A stretch of 64,000 nt of DNA from Planctomycetota bacterium (GCA_963694825.1 CAVOEV010000001.1:223-64222), one strand, 5' to 3'; positions 36,757 to 46,899 are shown, numbered from the stretch's first letter. A program made the numbers and translations. Notes: a model not told the origin generated them from the sequence alone.

Positions 36757-37425
36757 GTTTCGTCGCCGTGATTCTTCAGCGGCACTTTGTCTGAGGTAGA
36801 GCGGTTCGAGTGTGACGGGGTTGTCGAGTCGTCCTTCGTCTGCGGCCAGTTGTCCGAGTTGTGCGATGGTTTGTGCGTTAGGTATGGCGGTGACAGCGGT
36901 GACGGCGTTGTGGAAGTGTGGTTCAAGGATTGGTGTGTCGGGCGTGATGATGGTGTCGGTTGGTGTCCGTTCGCCGCACCAATCGACGGTATTGACGATT
37001 GCGTGGTTGCCGTCGGGCGTCCAGATCTCTGGGTGTTGCCTGCGGTAGTATCGAACGAAGAGTTGTTGTCTTTGGGCATCGGCGGCAACGTAGAGTGAGT
37101 TGGCTGTCGATGGGGCGTGTGCGGCGATGGCGGCGAAGGTGTCGACGGCGACCAGTTGGCAGCGGGTGGACCAGGCGAGGGTTTTTGCGAAGGCGATCCC
37201 GACGCGGAGTCCGGTGAAGCTACCTGGTCCGTGGCTGATCGCGATCAGGTCAATGTCGGCGGTCGTGAGCGCGTGGTCGTGGAGCAGTTTGGCGACGACG
37301 GGTGGGAGTGCCTGGGCGTGTCGCAGTCCATCGTGGTCGAGAGTGGCTTTGGCCAGACAGCGCGAGTCACGTCGCAGTGCGACGGAGCCTGGTTGTCGGG
37401 AGGTTTCGATTCCGAGCACGAGCAT
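36727..37425 (-). CDS. tsaB: tRNA threonylcarbamoyladenosine biosynthesis protein TsaB
   Basis: MLVLGIETS... and ISHGPGSFTGLRVGIAFAKTLA are YeaZ/TsaB signatures. Confidence 0.85.
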   Translation of the reverse strand: MLVLGIETSRQPGSVALRRDSRCLAKATLDHDGLRHAQALPPVVAKLLHDHALTTADIDLIAISHGPGSFTGLRVGIAFAKTLAWSTRCQLVAVDTFAAIAAHAPSTANSLYVAADAQRQQLFVRYYRRQHPEIWTPDGNHAIVNTVDWCGERTPTDTIITPDTPILEPHFHNAVTAVTAIPNAQTIAQLGQLAADEGRLDNPVTLEPLYLRQSAAEESRRRNSTTKNHEGD

Positions 37426-37445
37426 GTCGAGGATCCCGTCGAGTG

Positions 37446-38342
37446 TTACTCGCGGACACCTTCGAGCCGCTGGCGTGCGTCGCGGAAGCGGGCGACCATT
37501 TGTGCGGCGGAGGACCAGCGGGAATCGGGATCGGATTCGAGGCCACGCATGATCGTTTCAGCGACGTCCTCGTCAATGTCTGAAACAAACTCGCGGATGT
37601 CGGTGGCCGGCTGGTTGATTCGTTGTTGCATCAATTCGATGGTTTGTCCGCTGGAGTCCCATGGCAGTCGGTTGGCGAACAATTCGAAGCAGGTCATGGC
37701 GTAGCTGAAGATGTCGATCCGCTGATCGGTTTTCCTACGTTTCATCAGTTCGGGCGCCATATACATCGCGGTCCCGGTACGATTTCCGGGCTGTTGGAAC
37801 GGTGGTGTATTGGGGACGACCAGGCCAAAGTCGATCAACTTGATGTGGTAATCCTGATCGAGAAGGATGTTTCGAGGGCAGATGTCTCGGTGAATCAGGT
37901 TCTTCGAGTGAAAGTACTCGATCGCCTCACCTAACTCGATCAGGAACCTCAAGCGTCCCTGCAGCAGGTGTTCGTTTTGGGTGTCGACAAGGAAGCTGAG
38001 TCCAACGCCTTCGACGAACTCCATGACGAGGAACATTTCGTCTTCGGTGGTCCACCCGTATTCGTAGGTCTTGACGATTCTGGGGTGGTCCAACTCAATG
38101 GCGACTTCGCCTTCGCTGAGTCGCTGGAGTCCCTTGGCGAGGAATCGTTCGTCGAGTTTACGGGTCTTGGGACCATCGAGCACTTTGACGGCGTACATGC
38201 GGTCGGTAGCGGGGTCGCGTGCCCGGAAGACCTTCGACATGCTTCCCTGTCCGATGCGTCCGATCAAGTCGAATCGCGATGCGAGGTCGACCTTGGCGAC
38301 CTTGTCTTTCTTTTCGAAGAGTGCCTTGAGGAATTCGAGCAT
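37446..38342 (-). CDS. Stand-alone minimal protein kinase (298 aa) with an atypical catalytic loop
   Basis: GQGSMSKVF, AVKVL, HRDICPRNILLD, DFGLV and AMYMAPE motifs. There are no extra domains. Confidence 0.85.
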   Translation of the reverse strand: MLEFLKALFEKKDKVAKVDLASRFDLIGRIGQGSMSKVFRARDPATDRMYAVKVLDGPKTRKLDERFLAKGLQRLSEGEVAIELDHPRIVKTYEYGWTTEDEMFLVMEFVEGVGLSFLVDTQNEHLLQGRLRFLIELGEAIEYFHSKNLIHRDICPRNILLDQDYHIKLIDFGLVVPNTPPFQQPGNRTGTAMYMAPELMKRRKTDQRIDIFSYAMTCFELFANRLPWDSSGQTIELMQQRINQPATDIREFVSDIDEDVAETIMRGLESDPDSRWSSAAQMVARFRDARQRLEGVRE

Positions 38343-38351
38343 GGCTTGGGC

Positions 38352-39200
38352 TTATTGACCGCAGTAGTCGATCAGTCGTGCGAGTTCACTACGAAGGTTG
38401 TGTCGTCGGATGATCCGGTCGACGAATCCACACTGGAGCAGGAATTCGCTGGTTTGGAAACCGTCGGGCAATTCCATATTGACGGTATTCTTGATGACTC
38501 GTGGTCCGGCGAACCCGATGAGTGCCCTGGGTTCGGCGACGACGAAGTCCCCGAGCGAGGCGAAGCTGGCGGCGACTCCCCCCATGGTGGGGTTGGTGAG
38601 CACCGAGATGAACAGTCCTCCTGACTGGTCGAATCGAGCGAGTGCAGCGGAGACCTTTCCCATTTGCATCAGCGAGAGAATCCCCTCGTGCATGCGGGCT
38701 CCTCCACCCGACCCACTGACGATAACCAGTGGCAGTTTCAGTCGAGTGGCTTCTTCGATTGCCCGAGTCAGTTTTTCTCCGACGACCGAACCCATGCTGC
38801 CCATGATAAATCCGGCATCGGTGAGTCCAAACACCAGTGGCCGGCCTCTCATGTAGCCTCGCCCCACCACGCAGGCTTCGGTCAGACCGGTCTTTTTTTG
38901 TTCGGCAGCGATCCGTTCGGGGTAGGACTTCTGGTCAGAGAACTTGAGCGGATCGCATGGCAGCAGTCCTTCGTACCATTCTTCGAAGCTGTCTTGATCG
39001 AGGAGTTGCGCGATGCGTGTGGCGGCCGGGACGTAGAAGTGGTGTTCACATTCGGGGCAGACTTCGAGATTGTCTTCGACCTGTTTGCGATAGAGGGTTG
39101 TTCCACAGCCGCCACAGGCCATCCACAGGCCTTCGGGCACGCCCCGCTTGTTGCGGTCTCCGTGAGTCAACCAGTCTTGGACATGAGATTGTTCAGCCAA
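38352..39200 (-). CDS. accD: Acetyl-CoA carboxylase carboxyltransferase subunit beta
   Basis: Zinc ribbon [27 protein letters not shown], and the carboxyltransferase core SMGSVVGEK...SGGARMHEG. Confidence 0.95.
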   Translation of the reverse strand: MAEQSHVQDWLTHGDRNKRGVPEGLWMACGGCGTTLYRKQVEDNLEVCPECEHHFYVPAATRIAQLLDQDSFEEWYEGLLPCDPLKFSDQKSYPERIAAEQKKTGLTEACVVGRGYMRGRPLVFGLTDAGFIMGSMGSVVGEKLTRAIEEATRLKLPLVIVSGSGGGARMHEGILSLMQMGKVSAALARFDQSGGLFISVLTNPTMGGVAASFASLGDFVVAEPRALIGFAGPRVIKNTVNMELPDGFQTSEFLLQCGFVDRIIRRHNLRSELARLIDYCGQ

Positions 39201-39852
39201 GGGTTGCGCTCCGGTTGTTGCCAGCCACCGGCAGTAGGCTGCCGGTGGCTGCCTTTGTTCGCCAGGGGTGCTCGGGATCGGCGACTGGAACGCGGCCGTT
39301 GGTCGAGTAGATGGAGATGAGCTGGTCCTGTCCGCGGCAGCCGGTAACCGATTCGAATTCTGGTCGCGTCGAGGTGATGGCGGATCCGAGCAGTGTCGCG
39401 AGCGGGTCGGAGGTGACGATGGCGAAGGATTCTTCGCGTTTCATAGGTTTCTTAAGGACTGCCAGCGTTCGTGCCAGGGCTTCCTGGATCGTTTCGCCTT
39501 CAGGCGGGCGAATGGTTTCGGGCGATTCTTGCCAGAGCTTGAGCACCTTGGGCGACTTGCGGCGAATGTCATCGAGCGAGAGTCCTTGCCAGAGACCGTG
39601 GTCGATATTCTGGAGTTCTTCGTGGAATCGCACGGGAAGGTCGAGGGCTTCTGCGATCGCTTCGGCTGTCGATCGTGCGGGGTCCAGCGGTGCCGAGACA
39701 ATCGCTTCGAGCGGCCATGCGGCGAGTTGCTCGATCGAGACGGCCAGTTGATCTCGGCCTTTGTCGTTGAGTGGCAGATCGAGATTGCCCTGGATCCGGT
39801 TCTGGACGTCGAAGTCTGTCGAGCCGGGTCGGACGACGGCAATAATCGGCAT
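39193..39852 (-). CDS. Histidine phosphatase superfamily (PGM-like) fold protein lacking the catalytic histidines
   Basis: Family-like layout: [17 protein letters not shown]...PLNDKGRDQ...[17 protein letters not shown]. The RHG motif reads RPG, and the C-terminal His position reads VTSDP. It overlaps the accD start by 8 nt. Confidence 0.75.
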   Translation of the reverse strand: MPIIAVVRPGSTDFDVQNRIQGNLDLPLNDKGRDQLAVSIEQLAAWPLEAIVSAPLDPARSTAEAIAEALDLPVRFHEELQNIDHGLWQGLSLDDIRRKSPKVLKLWQESPETIRPPEGETIQEALARTLAVLKKPMKREESFAIVTSDPLATLLGSAITSTRPEFESVTGCRGQDQLISIYSTNGRVPVADPEHPWRTKAATGSLLPVAGNNRSATLG

Positions 39853-39857
39853 CGTCT

Positions 39858-40589
39858 TCAGGCCTCGCGAGTCGTACAGGTCTGTGTGGCAGCGTGTTCG
39901 AGGTTGCCGATGGCTTCGCGGTAGTTGTTACTTTTGAAGATGGCACTTCCGGCAACAAAGACACGGGCTCCGGCCTGGTAGGCTCGAGGGATGGTCTCGT
40001 CGGCGATTCCGCCGTCGATGGCCAGAGTGGCCAGGGGTGTGCAGGTGTCGGCGAGTTGTTCGAGTTTGTCCAGAGCGGCGGGTTGGAAGGTCTGGCCTCC
40101 AAAGCCCGGTTCGACACTCATCACGAGTACCAAGTCGGCTAAGTCGAAGAGTCCGTCGAGTTGTTTGACGTCAGTGGCAGGGTTGATGGCGATTCCGGCG
40201 ACGGCATCGGCCGACCGAATCGTTTCGAGTGTCTTTGCGAGCGTATCGGGATTGTCGAGGAAGGCTTCGACGTGGACGGTGATTCCGTCACAGCCGGCGT
40301 CGAGGTACTGGTCGAGTACGGGATCGGGGTCGGTGATCATCAGGTGGGCATCGAGTGGGAGTTGAGTGATGTGTCTGAGTCCTTCGACGACGACGGGTCC
40401 GTAGGTGAGGTTGGGGACGAAGTGTCCGTCCATCACATCCAGATGCAGGACTTGTGCCCCGGCGGATTCGAGCAGTTCAACCTCACGGTGCAGATTGCCA
40501 AAATCGCAGCCCAGCATGGACGGTGCGATCGTCGGCGTGTTGCTGGTGTAGATCTCCAGAAGATCCCGGCGACTCATCGGTGTGTCCAT
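39858..40589 (-). CDS. rpe: Ribulose-phosphate 3-epimerase
   Basis: IAPSMLGCDFGNLHREV...LHLDVMDGHFVPNLTYGP and VMSVEPGFGGQ. Confidence 0.95.
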   Translation of the reverse strand: MDTPMSRRDLLEIYTSNTPTIAPSMLGCDFGNLHREVELLESAGAQVLHLDVMDGHFVPNLTYGPVVVEGLRHITQLPLDAHLMITDPDPVLDQYLDAGCDGITVHVEAFLDNPDTLAKTLETIRSADAVAGIAINPATDVKQLDGLFDLADLVLVMSVEPGFGGQTFQPAALDKLEQLADTCTPLATLAIDGGIADETIPRAYQAGARVFVAGSAIFKSNNYREAIGNLEHAATQTCTTREA

Positions 40590-40728
40590 CCGGCGCGGGT
40601 CGCGCGGAACTGGAACTGGAACTGAAATTGGGGCAGGGGCAGCTCAGGACAATGATGTCCGAGAGTCTGACCGAGCTGTCGTCCGGCGTCCAGTGAAATC
40701 GTGGTGCTGAGATGGTGTTGGTGTTGCC

Positions 40729-41748
40729 TTACAGCGCTGCCAATCGAGCGATGAGGTCGGCGGTTCGGTTGGAATAGCCGAATTCGTTGTCGTACCAGCC
40801 GAGCACCTTGACCATGTTGTTTCCGATCGAGGTGGTCCAGCTGCCATCGAAGATGCAGCTGTGTGTATTGCCGATGATGTCACTGGAGACGATGGGGTCG
40901 GTGGTATATTCCATGATCCCCTTGAGTGGTCCATCTGCGGCGTCCTGCATGGCCTGGTTGATGGCTTCGGGGGTGGCTTCGCGATCGAGCGTAGCGACGA
41001 GGTCGGTGATGCTGCCGGTGAGGACAGGGACTCGGAGCGAGATCCCGGTGAGTCGTCCATCGAGTTCGGGGAGCACGAGCCCGACGGCCTTAGCGGCTCC
41101 GGTCGAGGTGGGGATGATATTGGCGGCAGCCGCACGAGCCCTGCGTGGATCGGAGTGCAATTGATCGCCGGTCCGCTGGTCGTTGGTGTAGGCGTGGACG
41201 GTGGTCATCAGTCCGTAGGCGAGGCCAAACTGTTCGTGCAGCACCTGAACCATTGGTGCCAAGCAATTGGTGGTGCAGCTGGCATTGGAGACACAGAGGT
41301 GTTCGGGGGTCAGTTGTTCGTCGTTGACTCCGAGTACGACGGTGAGATCTGGCGGATCGCTGGCGGGTGCCGAGATGATCACCTTGCGGGCACCGGCGGC
41401 GAGGTGGCTGTCGTAGCCAGGCCGTCCATCGGCGGCACGGTTGGTGAAGAAGCCGGTCGATTCCAGAGCCACTTCGACTCCGAGTTCTCCCCACGGAAGG
41501 TTTCCGGGATCGCGTTCGGCACAGATTCGGATCGATCGTCCGTTGACGATCAGCGTATTGCCATCGACTTCGACGGTGCCGGGGAACCGGCCCTGTGTGC
41601 TGTCGTATTTCAGGAGATTGGCCAGTGCGGCGGGATCGCCGAGATCGTTGATGGCGACCACTTCGAATTCGTCGCTGCGGGCGGCCATGGCCCGGAAGGT
41701 GATCCGTCCGATGCGGCCAAAACCATTGATGCCTACCTGAACTGCCAC
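40729..41748 (-). CDS. gap: Type I glyceraldehyde-3-phosphate dehydrogenase
   Basis: (M)[14 protein letters not shown] and [12 protein letters not shown]. The GTG start at 41748 follows GGGAG. The track's 41850 start is an extension. Confidence 0.95.
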   Translation of the reverse strand: MAVQVGINGFGRIGRITFRAMAARSDEFEVVAINDLGDPAALANLLKYDSTQGRFPGTVEVDGNTLIVNGRSIRICAERDPGNLPWGELGVEVALESTGFFTNRAADGRPGYDSHLAAGARKVIISAPASDPPDLTVVLGVNDEQLTPEHLCVSNASCTTNCLAPMVQVLHEQFGLAYGLMTTVHAYTNDQRTGDQLHSDPRRARAAAANIIPTSTGAAKAVGLVLPELDGRLTGISLRVPVLTGSITDLVATLDREATPEAINQAMQDAADGPLKGIMEYTTDPIVSSDIIGNTHSCIFDGSWTTSIGNNMVKVLGWYDNEFGYSNRTADLIARLAAL

Positions 41749-41891
41749 GACGAGACTCCCGGTTTGTGATGTGCGTGGAACAAGTCTGCTACGTCGTCGT
41801 CGGACCGTGATCCGGACGCAGCCAGTAGCGGACCATGGCCAAACGTCCAACTTTAGTGTCGCCTACCGGGAGCGACAAGGAAGGGGGGTGG

Positions 41892-43283
41892 CTACCCGAG
41901 CAACTGCGGTTGGACGTCGCCGGTTGGGACGATGCGATAGGGCCGATCGAGTCGGTCGTGGATTTCTCCGTCATGAGAAATCCCCAGGCAGGCGAAGAGT
42001 GTGGAGATGACATCGCCGGGGACCAGCGGGTCGGCGTCTGGGTAGGCTCCGATTCGATCACTGCGTCCATGGATCAGTCCTTGCTGGAAACCTCCACCGA
42101 CCATCATCAGGCTGTAGCAGAAGTTCCAGTGATCACGGCCGGCATTGGGGTTAATCTTGGGAGTGCGGCCGAAGTCGCCGAAGATGCCGACGACGGTGCG
42201 TTGGAGCAGTCCACGTTGATCGAGATCATGGATCAGGCTACTGGCGGCTGCGTCGAACTGGGGCAGGAGGCTATTCTTGAGTTTGCCGAAGTTGTTGGTG
42301 TGAGTGTCCCAGGTGGCGTTGGCATCGGGTGCCCAGGCGATGGTGACCAGTCGGGTGCCCGCTTCGATCAGTCTGCGGGCCAGCAGGGTGCTTTGTCCGT
42401 AAATGTTTCGTCCGTAGGCTTCGCGTGTCGAATCGGGTTCTTCGGAGATACGGAAGGCGCGTTGTGTGGTCTCGGAGGTCAGCAGGTCGAGAGCCTTGCC
42501 CTGAAAGCTGTTCATGGCTTGGGCGTTGCGGTCGCTGATTTCGGGTTGGGTTCCGAGCCCGGCTTGTTGATTGAGGTTGTCGAAGAGTTTGCGTCGGACC
42601 GAGAGTCGTTGTGCCGAGACTCCGGTTTGGAGTGTCAGTTCGGGGACTCCAAAATCGGCACGATTGGGGTCACGGAGCACGAACAGGGGATCGAGAGCCC
42701 GTCCGAGGAATCCACCGAAGAACCCGGGTTGCGGCGGTCCGCCTCGTCCTTCCTGGGTCATGTAGGGCAGTGTGACGTGTGGCACGACGATTTGTTCGGG
42801 AGCTCGAAGGCGTGTCAGGATCGAACCGGGCGAGGGGTGATCGGTCTGTTTGGCTCCGCCTCCGAGTTCGCCTCGATCGTGGCCAGTCAGCGAGCAGTAC
42901 ACGGCGGCCGCGTGTGCGTTGTTGACGCTGTGGTGCATTGAGCGAACGACGGTCGCCCGGTGCATGTGGCGGGCGAGTTTCGGCATCAGTTCACCGACTC
43001 GATAGCCGGGGATCGACGAGGCGATTGTCGAGAATTCGCCTCGAATGGCCTGAGGCGCGTCGGGTTTGGGGTCCCACATGTCCAGGTGGGGTGGTCCGCC
43101 GTTGAGATGGATCAGGATACAGGCGTCGGCCGTCGGACGGCCACCTCGAGTTCGAGTCGTCTCGTTGGCCGCCAGCAGTCCCGACAAGGTCGCACCGGTC
43201 AGTCCCAATCCGCCGACCTGAAGCAGGTCGCGGCGAGAGAGCCCAGTCTGTGGCGGCGGCGTGAGGGGGCGGAGGCAGGCCAT
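41892..43283 (-). CDS. DUF1501 domain protein (sulfatase-fold, Tat-type leader)
   Basis: LSRRDLLQVGGLGLTGATL leader, LNGGPPHLDMWDPKP and RDHW motifs, characteristic of planctomycete DUF1501 proteins. Confidence 0.85.
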   Translation of the reverse strand: MACLRPLTPPPQTGLSRRDLLQVGGLGLTGATLSGLLAANETTRTRGGRPTADACILIHLNGGPPHLDMWDPKPDAPQAIRGEFSTIASSIPGYRVGELMPKLARHMHRATVVRSMHHSVNNAHAAAVYCSLTGHDRGELGGGAKQTDHPSPGSILTRLRAPEQIVVPHVTLPYMTQEGRGGPPQPGFFGGFLGRALDPLFVLRDPNRADFGVPELTLQTGVSAQRLSVRRKLFDNLNQQAGLGTQPEISDRNAQAMNSFQGKALDLLTSETTQRAFRISEEPDSTREAYGRNIYGQSTLLARRLIEAGTRLVTIAWAPDANATWDTHTNNFGKLKNSLLPQFDAAASSLIHDLDQRGLLQRTVVGIFGDFGRTPKINPNAGRDHWNFCYSLMMVGGGFQQGLIHGRSDRIGAYPDADPLVPGDVISTLFACLGISHDGEIHDRLDRPYRIVPTGDVQPQLLG

Positions 43284-43433
43284 GAGGGCATTAGACCACA
43301 GTGGTCAGGCGATGGGAACGGGTATCGAGGAGTCGCTGAGAACTCGGGTGTCCTTGATCGAACGCCGTGGTCAAGGTATTTCAGGTGTTGGATGCAGAGA
43401 TGGGTCGGCCGATTGATTGGGAGGGCGTGAACG

Positions 43434-44330
43434 ATGACGACACGAGTGGGGCAGGGGGAGTACCGTTACGAGGTGGTCAGTGATTGGGCGAAGTTGCCCG
43501 ATGGCTGGTCGTTTGGCTGGATTCCCAGTGTGGGGGTCGATAGTCGGGACCGGGTGATTGTTTCGAGTCGCAGCGAGCACACTTTGATCATCTTCGACAC
43601 GGACGGCAACGTGATCGAGTCGTGGGACGACACGGTGCTGGTGCCCGAGAACGCTCATGGGATCTACATTGACGTCGAGGACAACATTTACCTGACCGAG
43701 TGGTTGGGTCATTGCGTCTACAAGTTCAGTCCGGGCGGAGAGTTGCAGTGGACACTGGGGACTCCGGGTGTGCCTCGTCCGCCGGGCGTGCCATTCAACC
43801 GGCCGACCGATCTGGCAATTGCTCCGGACGGTTGTTTGTTTGTCAGCGACGGTTACGTGAATCACAAGGTGCACAAGTTTTCACCCGAGGGCGTGTTGAT
43901 CAAGAGTTGGGGCGAGCCGGGAAGCGGTCCGGGTCAGTTTGACCTGGTGCATTCGGTCTGGGTCGACAGCGATTATCGGGTGTACATCTGCGACCGCGAG
44001 AACAATCGGATTCAGTTGTTTGATGCCGAGGGTGAGTACCTGGACGAGTGGACGGGTTTTCTGCGTCCGGACAAGTTGTGGTTCGATTCGGACGAGACGA
44101 TTTTCATGGCCGAGATCGGCCCGCGGGTGACGATTTTGGATCGGCAGGGCAGTGTGTTGAGTCAGTGGGGGGAGGCGGGAGACGAGCCGCATCAGTTCAA
44201 ATCGTTTCCTCACGGCATCTGGGGTGACAGCCGCGGCGACCTGTACGTGAGCGAGGTGGCGGCCGACGGGTTGATCAAGAAGTTTGTCAGGGTGCGGGAC
44301 GAACTGGTGGCGGATTCAGTGGGTTGTTAG
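43434..44330 (+). CDS. NHL-repeat six-bladed beta-propeller protein (peptidyl-hydroxyglycine lyase-like)
   Basis: Repeated 'P..vavDs.g.iyV.Dr.N.RIq.Fd..G' units (for example YRVYICDRENNRIQLFDAEGEY). There is no signal peptide. Confidence 0.75.
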   Translation: MTTRVGQGEYRYEVVSDWAKLPDGWSFGWIPSVGVDSRDRVIVSSRSEHTLIIFDTDGNVIESWDDTVLVPENAHGIYIDVEDNIYLTEWLGHCVYKFSPGGELQWTLGTPGVPRPPGVPFNRPTDLAIAPDGCLFVSDGYVNHKVHKFSPEGVLIKSWGEPGSGPGQFDLVHSVWVDSDYRVYICDRENNRIQLFDAEGEYLDEWTGFLRPDKLWFDSDETIFMAEIGPRVTILDRQGSVLSQWGEAGDEPHQFKSFPHGIWGDSRGDLYVSEVAADGLIKKFVRVRDELVADSVGC

Positions 44331-45541
44331 TGGAGAACGCGGCATCCGTGGAAGCGTTGTCGCAGGCGAGAGGCGAGGTCGCTGGTGACCCGAGTGTTTT
44401 GGAGGTCGAGGCCTTTGAGGGCGGGCAGTTGGTTTCGGGCGAGTGGTTCGACCGAAGCATTGGTGATGCGGGTTCCGGAGAGTCTGAGGAACCGGAGGCG
44501 GGTGTGGACGTGGGAGCCGAGCAGTTTTTCGATTGCCCGGTCGTTGACGGCTCGACAGCCATCCAGCGAGACCAGTTCGAGTTGTGAGTTGTTGGCGAGG
44601 TCTTGAAGCAGTTGGGGGCCGGCGGCCGTCTGGTCGAGTTTGAGCTGGGTGAGATTGGGAAGAGTGGCGAGCACTGCGAGACCGTTGTCGGTCAACCGGC
44701 TGCAGTCGGAGAGGTCCAGTTCCGAGAGTGCGTCGGTGTGGTTGAGCAGTTCCTTGAGGCCTTGGTCGGTGATGGCGGTCCCGGCGGCGACGAGGTACTT
44801 GAGATCGGCGAGTTGGTGCAGGTGTCGGAAACCTCGATCGGTGATCCGTCGCGGTAGTTCGAGTCCCTGGAGTCCCTGGGCGTTGTGGAGTCTGAGCAGT
44901 CCTGCGTCGGTGATTTCGGTTCCCGAGAGTGCCAATTTGCGATTGCCGAGGACTCCGTGCGGCGAGTTGATCTGCAGAGTGTCGTGTTGACTCGAGAGGG
45001 CAATCAGAGCCGGGAGCGTGACGGTGGTGTCGAGGAGGCTGAGTTCTTCGAGGCTTTCGAATCTTGCCAGTGTGTCGAGTCCTTCATCGGTGACGTGGTA
45101 GGAGGAATTCAGGATCAGCGTGCCGAGTCGAGGCAGGTGAGCGAGGTGAGCCAGTCCGTCGTTGGTGACAGCGGTGCGAACCAGCGAGAGTCGTTTGAGT
45201 TGGGTGAGTTGTGCGAGGCGTTTGAGATCGTTGTCTGTGACGTTGGATTCGTCGAGCACGAGGTCTTCGAGTTGTGTGAGACGTGCGAGGCTGGCGACGG
45301 TGTTGGGTCCGAGTGTGGCACCGGAGAGCCGGATCCAGGAGGGATCATTGGTCCGGTCGTCGAAGATGGCTCCGGCCTGTTCGAGTTGTCTGAGGTCGTG
45401 TGAGCGTTGCCCGACGGACCAGGCGATCGAGCCGATGATGAGACTCGAGGTGATGGCGGCGGCGATCAGTAGCCGGTGTCCCAGGCGACTGCGTCGCGTC
45501 GTGGGTGGTGTGTTGGTCTTGGTGTGTGAGTGGTCGATCAT
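44327..45541 (-). CDS. Membrane-anchored leucine-rich repeat protein (RI-like LRRs)
   Basis: TM anchor LLIAAAITSSLIIGSIAW followed by about 12 units of the form L..L.L..T.VTD.GL..La.L. ATG 45541 was chosen; ATG 45616 is also possible. The 3' end overlaps the NHL gene by 4 nt. Confidence 0.7.
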   Translation of the reverse strand: MIDHSHTKTNTPPTTRRSRLGHRLLIAAAITSSLIIGSIAWSVGQRSHDLRQLEQAGAIFDDRTNDPSWIRLSGATLGPNTVASLARLTQLEDLVLDESNVTDNDLKRLAQLTQLKRLSLVRTAVTNDGLAHLAHLPRLGTLILNSSYHVTDEGLDTLARFESLEELSLLDTTVTLPALIALSSQHDTLQINSPHGVLGNRKLALSGTEITDAGLLRLHNAQGLQGLELPRRITDRGFRHLHQLADLKYLVAAGTAITDQGLKELLNHTDALSELDLSDCSRLTDNGLAVLATLPNLTQLKLDQTAAGPQLLQDLANNSQLELVSLDGCRAVNDRAIEKLLGSHVHTRLRFLRLSGTRITNASVEPLARNQLPALKGLDLQNTRVTSDLASRLRQRFHGCRVLH

Positions 45542-45715
45542 CACGGTCCAGACTAGCGGTCGCTGTGTCGGGCGGCCATGCCGCGATCCCCCTTGACAGG
45601 GGGCGCGTGACGTCATGTAATCCTCGCCTGAGGCTCGAGACGTCACGGCCAGGGGGGTGAGAATCCATCGACCGAGACCGACCGAGTTGGTTCTTGCGCC
45701 AGGAAGGCGGCTGCC

Positions 45716-46840
45716 GTGCTGACGACGTTTGACCGCTACCTGATGAAGCGGTATTTCCACGCCTTTTTCACCTGTTTCGTGGCGGCGTTGGGTGTATTTT
45801 TCGTTTTCGATGCGTTCACCAACGCCGACGAGTTTCAGAAAGTGAGTCCCGACGGTTCGGTGTGGCCAGTGGTCCGCCGGATGGCATTGTTCTATGCGTG
45901 CCAGTCGAGTCTGTTGTTGAGTCTAGTGGGTCACATGCTTTGCGTGCTGGCCGTGATGATCACATTGGTCGGAGTCCAACGGACTGGCGAACTTCATCCG
46001 TTGCTGGCCGCGGGTGTGCCCCTGTATCGCATCGTGTTGCCGTTGATCCTGGGTGTGGTCCTGATCAACGGGGCGATGATCGCCAACCAGGAGTGTCTTC
46101 TGCCTCGAGTGGCTCACGTCCTGCAGACTCCCAGGGGCCGCCAACTCGAGCAGGGCATCGACGTCCGGCCGTCGCTGGATTTTGCCAGTCACATATTGAT
46201 TTCCGCGAGGCGAGTATTTCCGTCTTCGTCTCGGTTGGTGGATGCCGAATTCGTGTTACCGGTTCCCGACGTGGTGACACGGCTGACCACATTGAAGGCT
46301 CGGCGGGCGAAGTACGTGGGTCGCGGTCCTCGAGGCCAATCGGGCTGGTTGCTGGCGGGGCTGGATCCGTCGGCGGAGACGTTGTTGTTGGGTGTGACCG
46401 GTCGCGAGGTACTGCGTCCGGGTCCTCGCCCAGGCACGCTGTTTCTTGTTTCGGGAGTCACTCCGGACCAGTTAGCGAAGAAGTCTGGCAGCGTGAAATT
46501 TTTGTCGACGCCCGAGTTGTTGCGTCGAATCCGCAACCCGTCGCAGGCCGCCCGAGCGGCTCACGAACAGTCGCTCGCCGTCCACGCCCGGTTGACCAGA
46601 CCACTGCTCAACATCGCCGCCGTTTTCCTGGCGATCCCGTTCCTGGTACGGCGTGAGAGTCGCGGTGTGGTGGCCAACCTGGCGATGGCGGGCATGGTGA
46701 TGCTGGCGTTGTTGGGTGCTGGCGAGGCGTGCCTGTACCTGGCCAGTTTCCAGGTCCTGTCTCCCGACGTCGCTGCCTGGTCGCCGGTGGTGGCTTGTGG
46801 AGTGGGAGCGACCTGGTGTGCACGGCAGGCTGAGACGTAG
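45716..46840 (+). CDS. LptF/LptG family LPS export permease
   Basis: MLTTFDRYLMKRYFHAFF N-terminus, 3+3 TM helices around a periplasmic beta-jellyroll region, GTG start. Confidence 0.8.
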   Translation: MLTTFDRYLMKRYFHAFFTCFVAALGVFFVFDAFTNADEFQKVSPDGSVWPVVRRMALFYACQSSLLLSLVGHMLCVLAVMITLVGVQRTGELHPLLAAGVPLYRIVLPLILGVVLINGAMIANQECLLPRVAHVLQTPRGRQLEQGIDVRPSLDFASHILISARRVFPSSSRLVDAEFVLPVPDVVTRLTTLKARRAKYVGRGPRGQSGWLLAGLDPSAETLLLGVTGREVLRPGPRPGTLFLVSGVTPDQLAKKSGSVKFLSTPELLRRIRNPSQAARAAHEQSLAVHARLTRPLLNIAAVFLAIPFLVRRESRGVVANLAMAGMVMLALLGAGEACLYLASFQVLSPDVAAWSPVVACGVGATWCARQAET

Positions 46841-46899
46841 GCTGGGGAGCGGCTCGAGGCTGGAACAGAGTCACCCCGAGGATTAGCCTGCGGCGAACG

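Noticed and set aside
41835-42941. 368-aa + strand ORF
   Set aside because: It is antisense to the first DUF1501 gene and has shadow-ORF composition.
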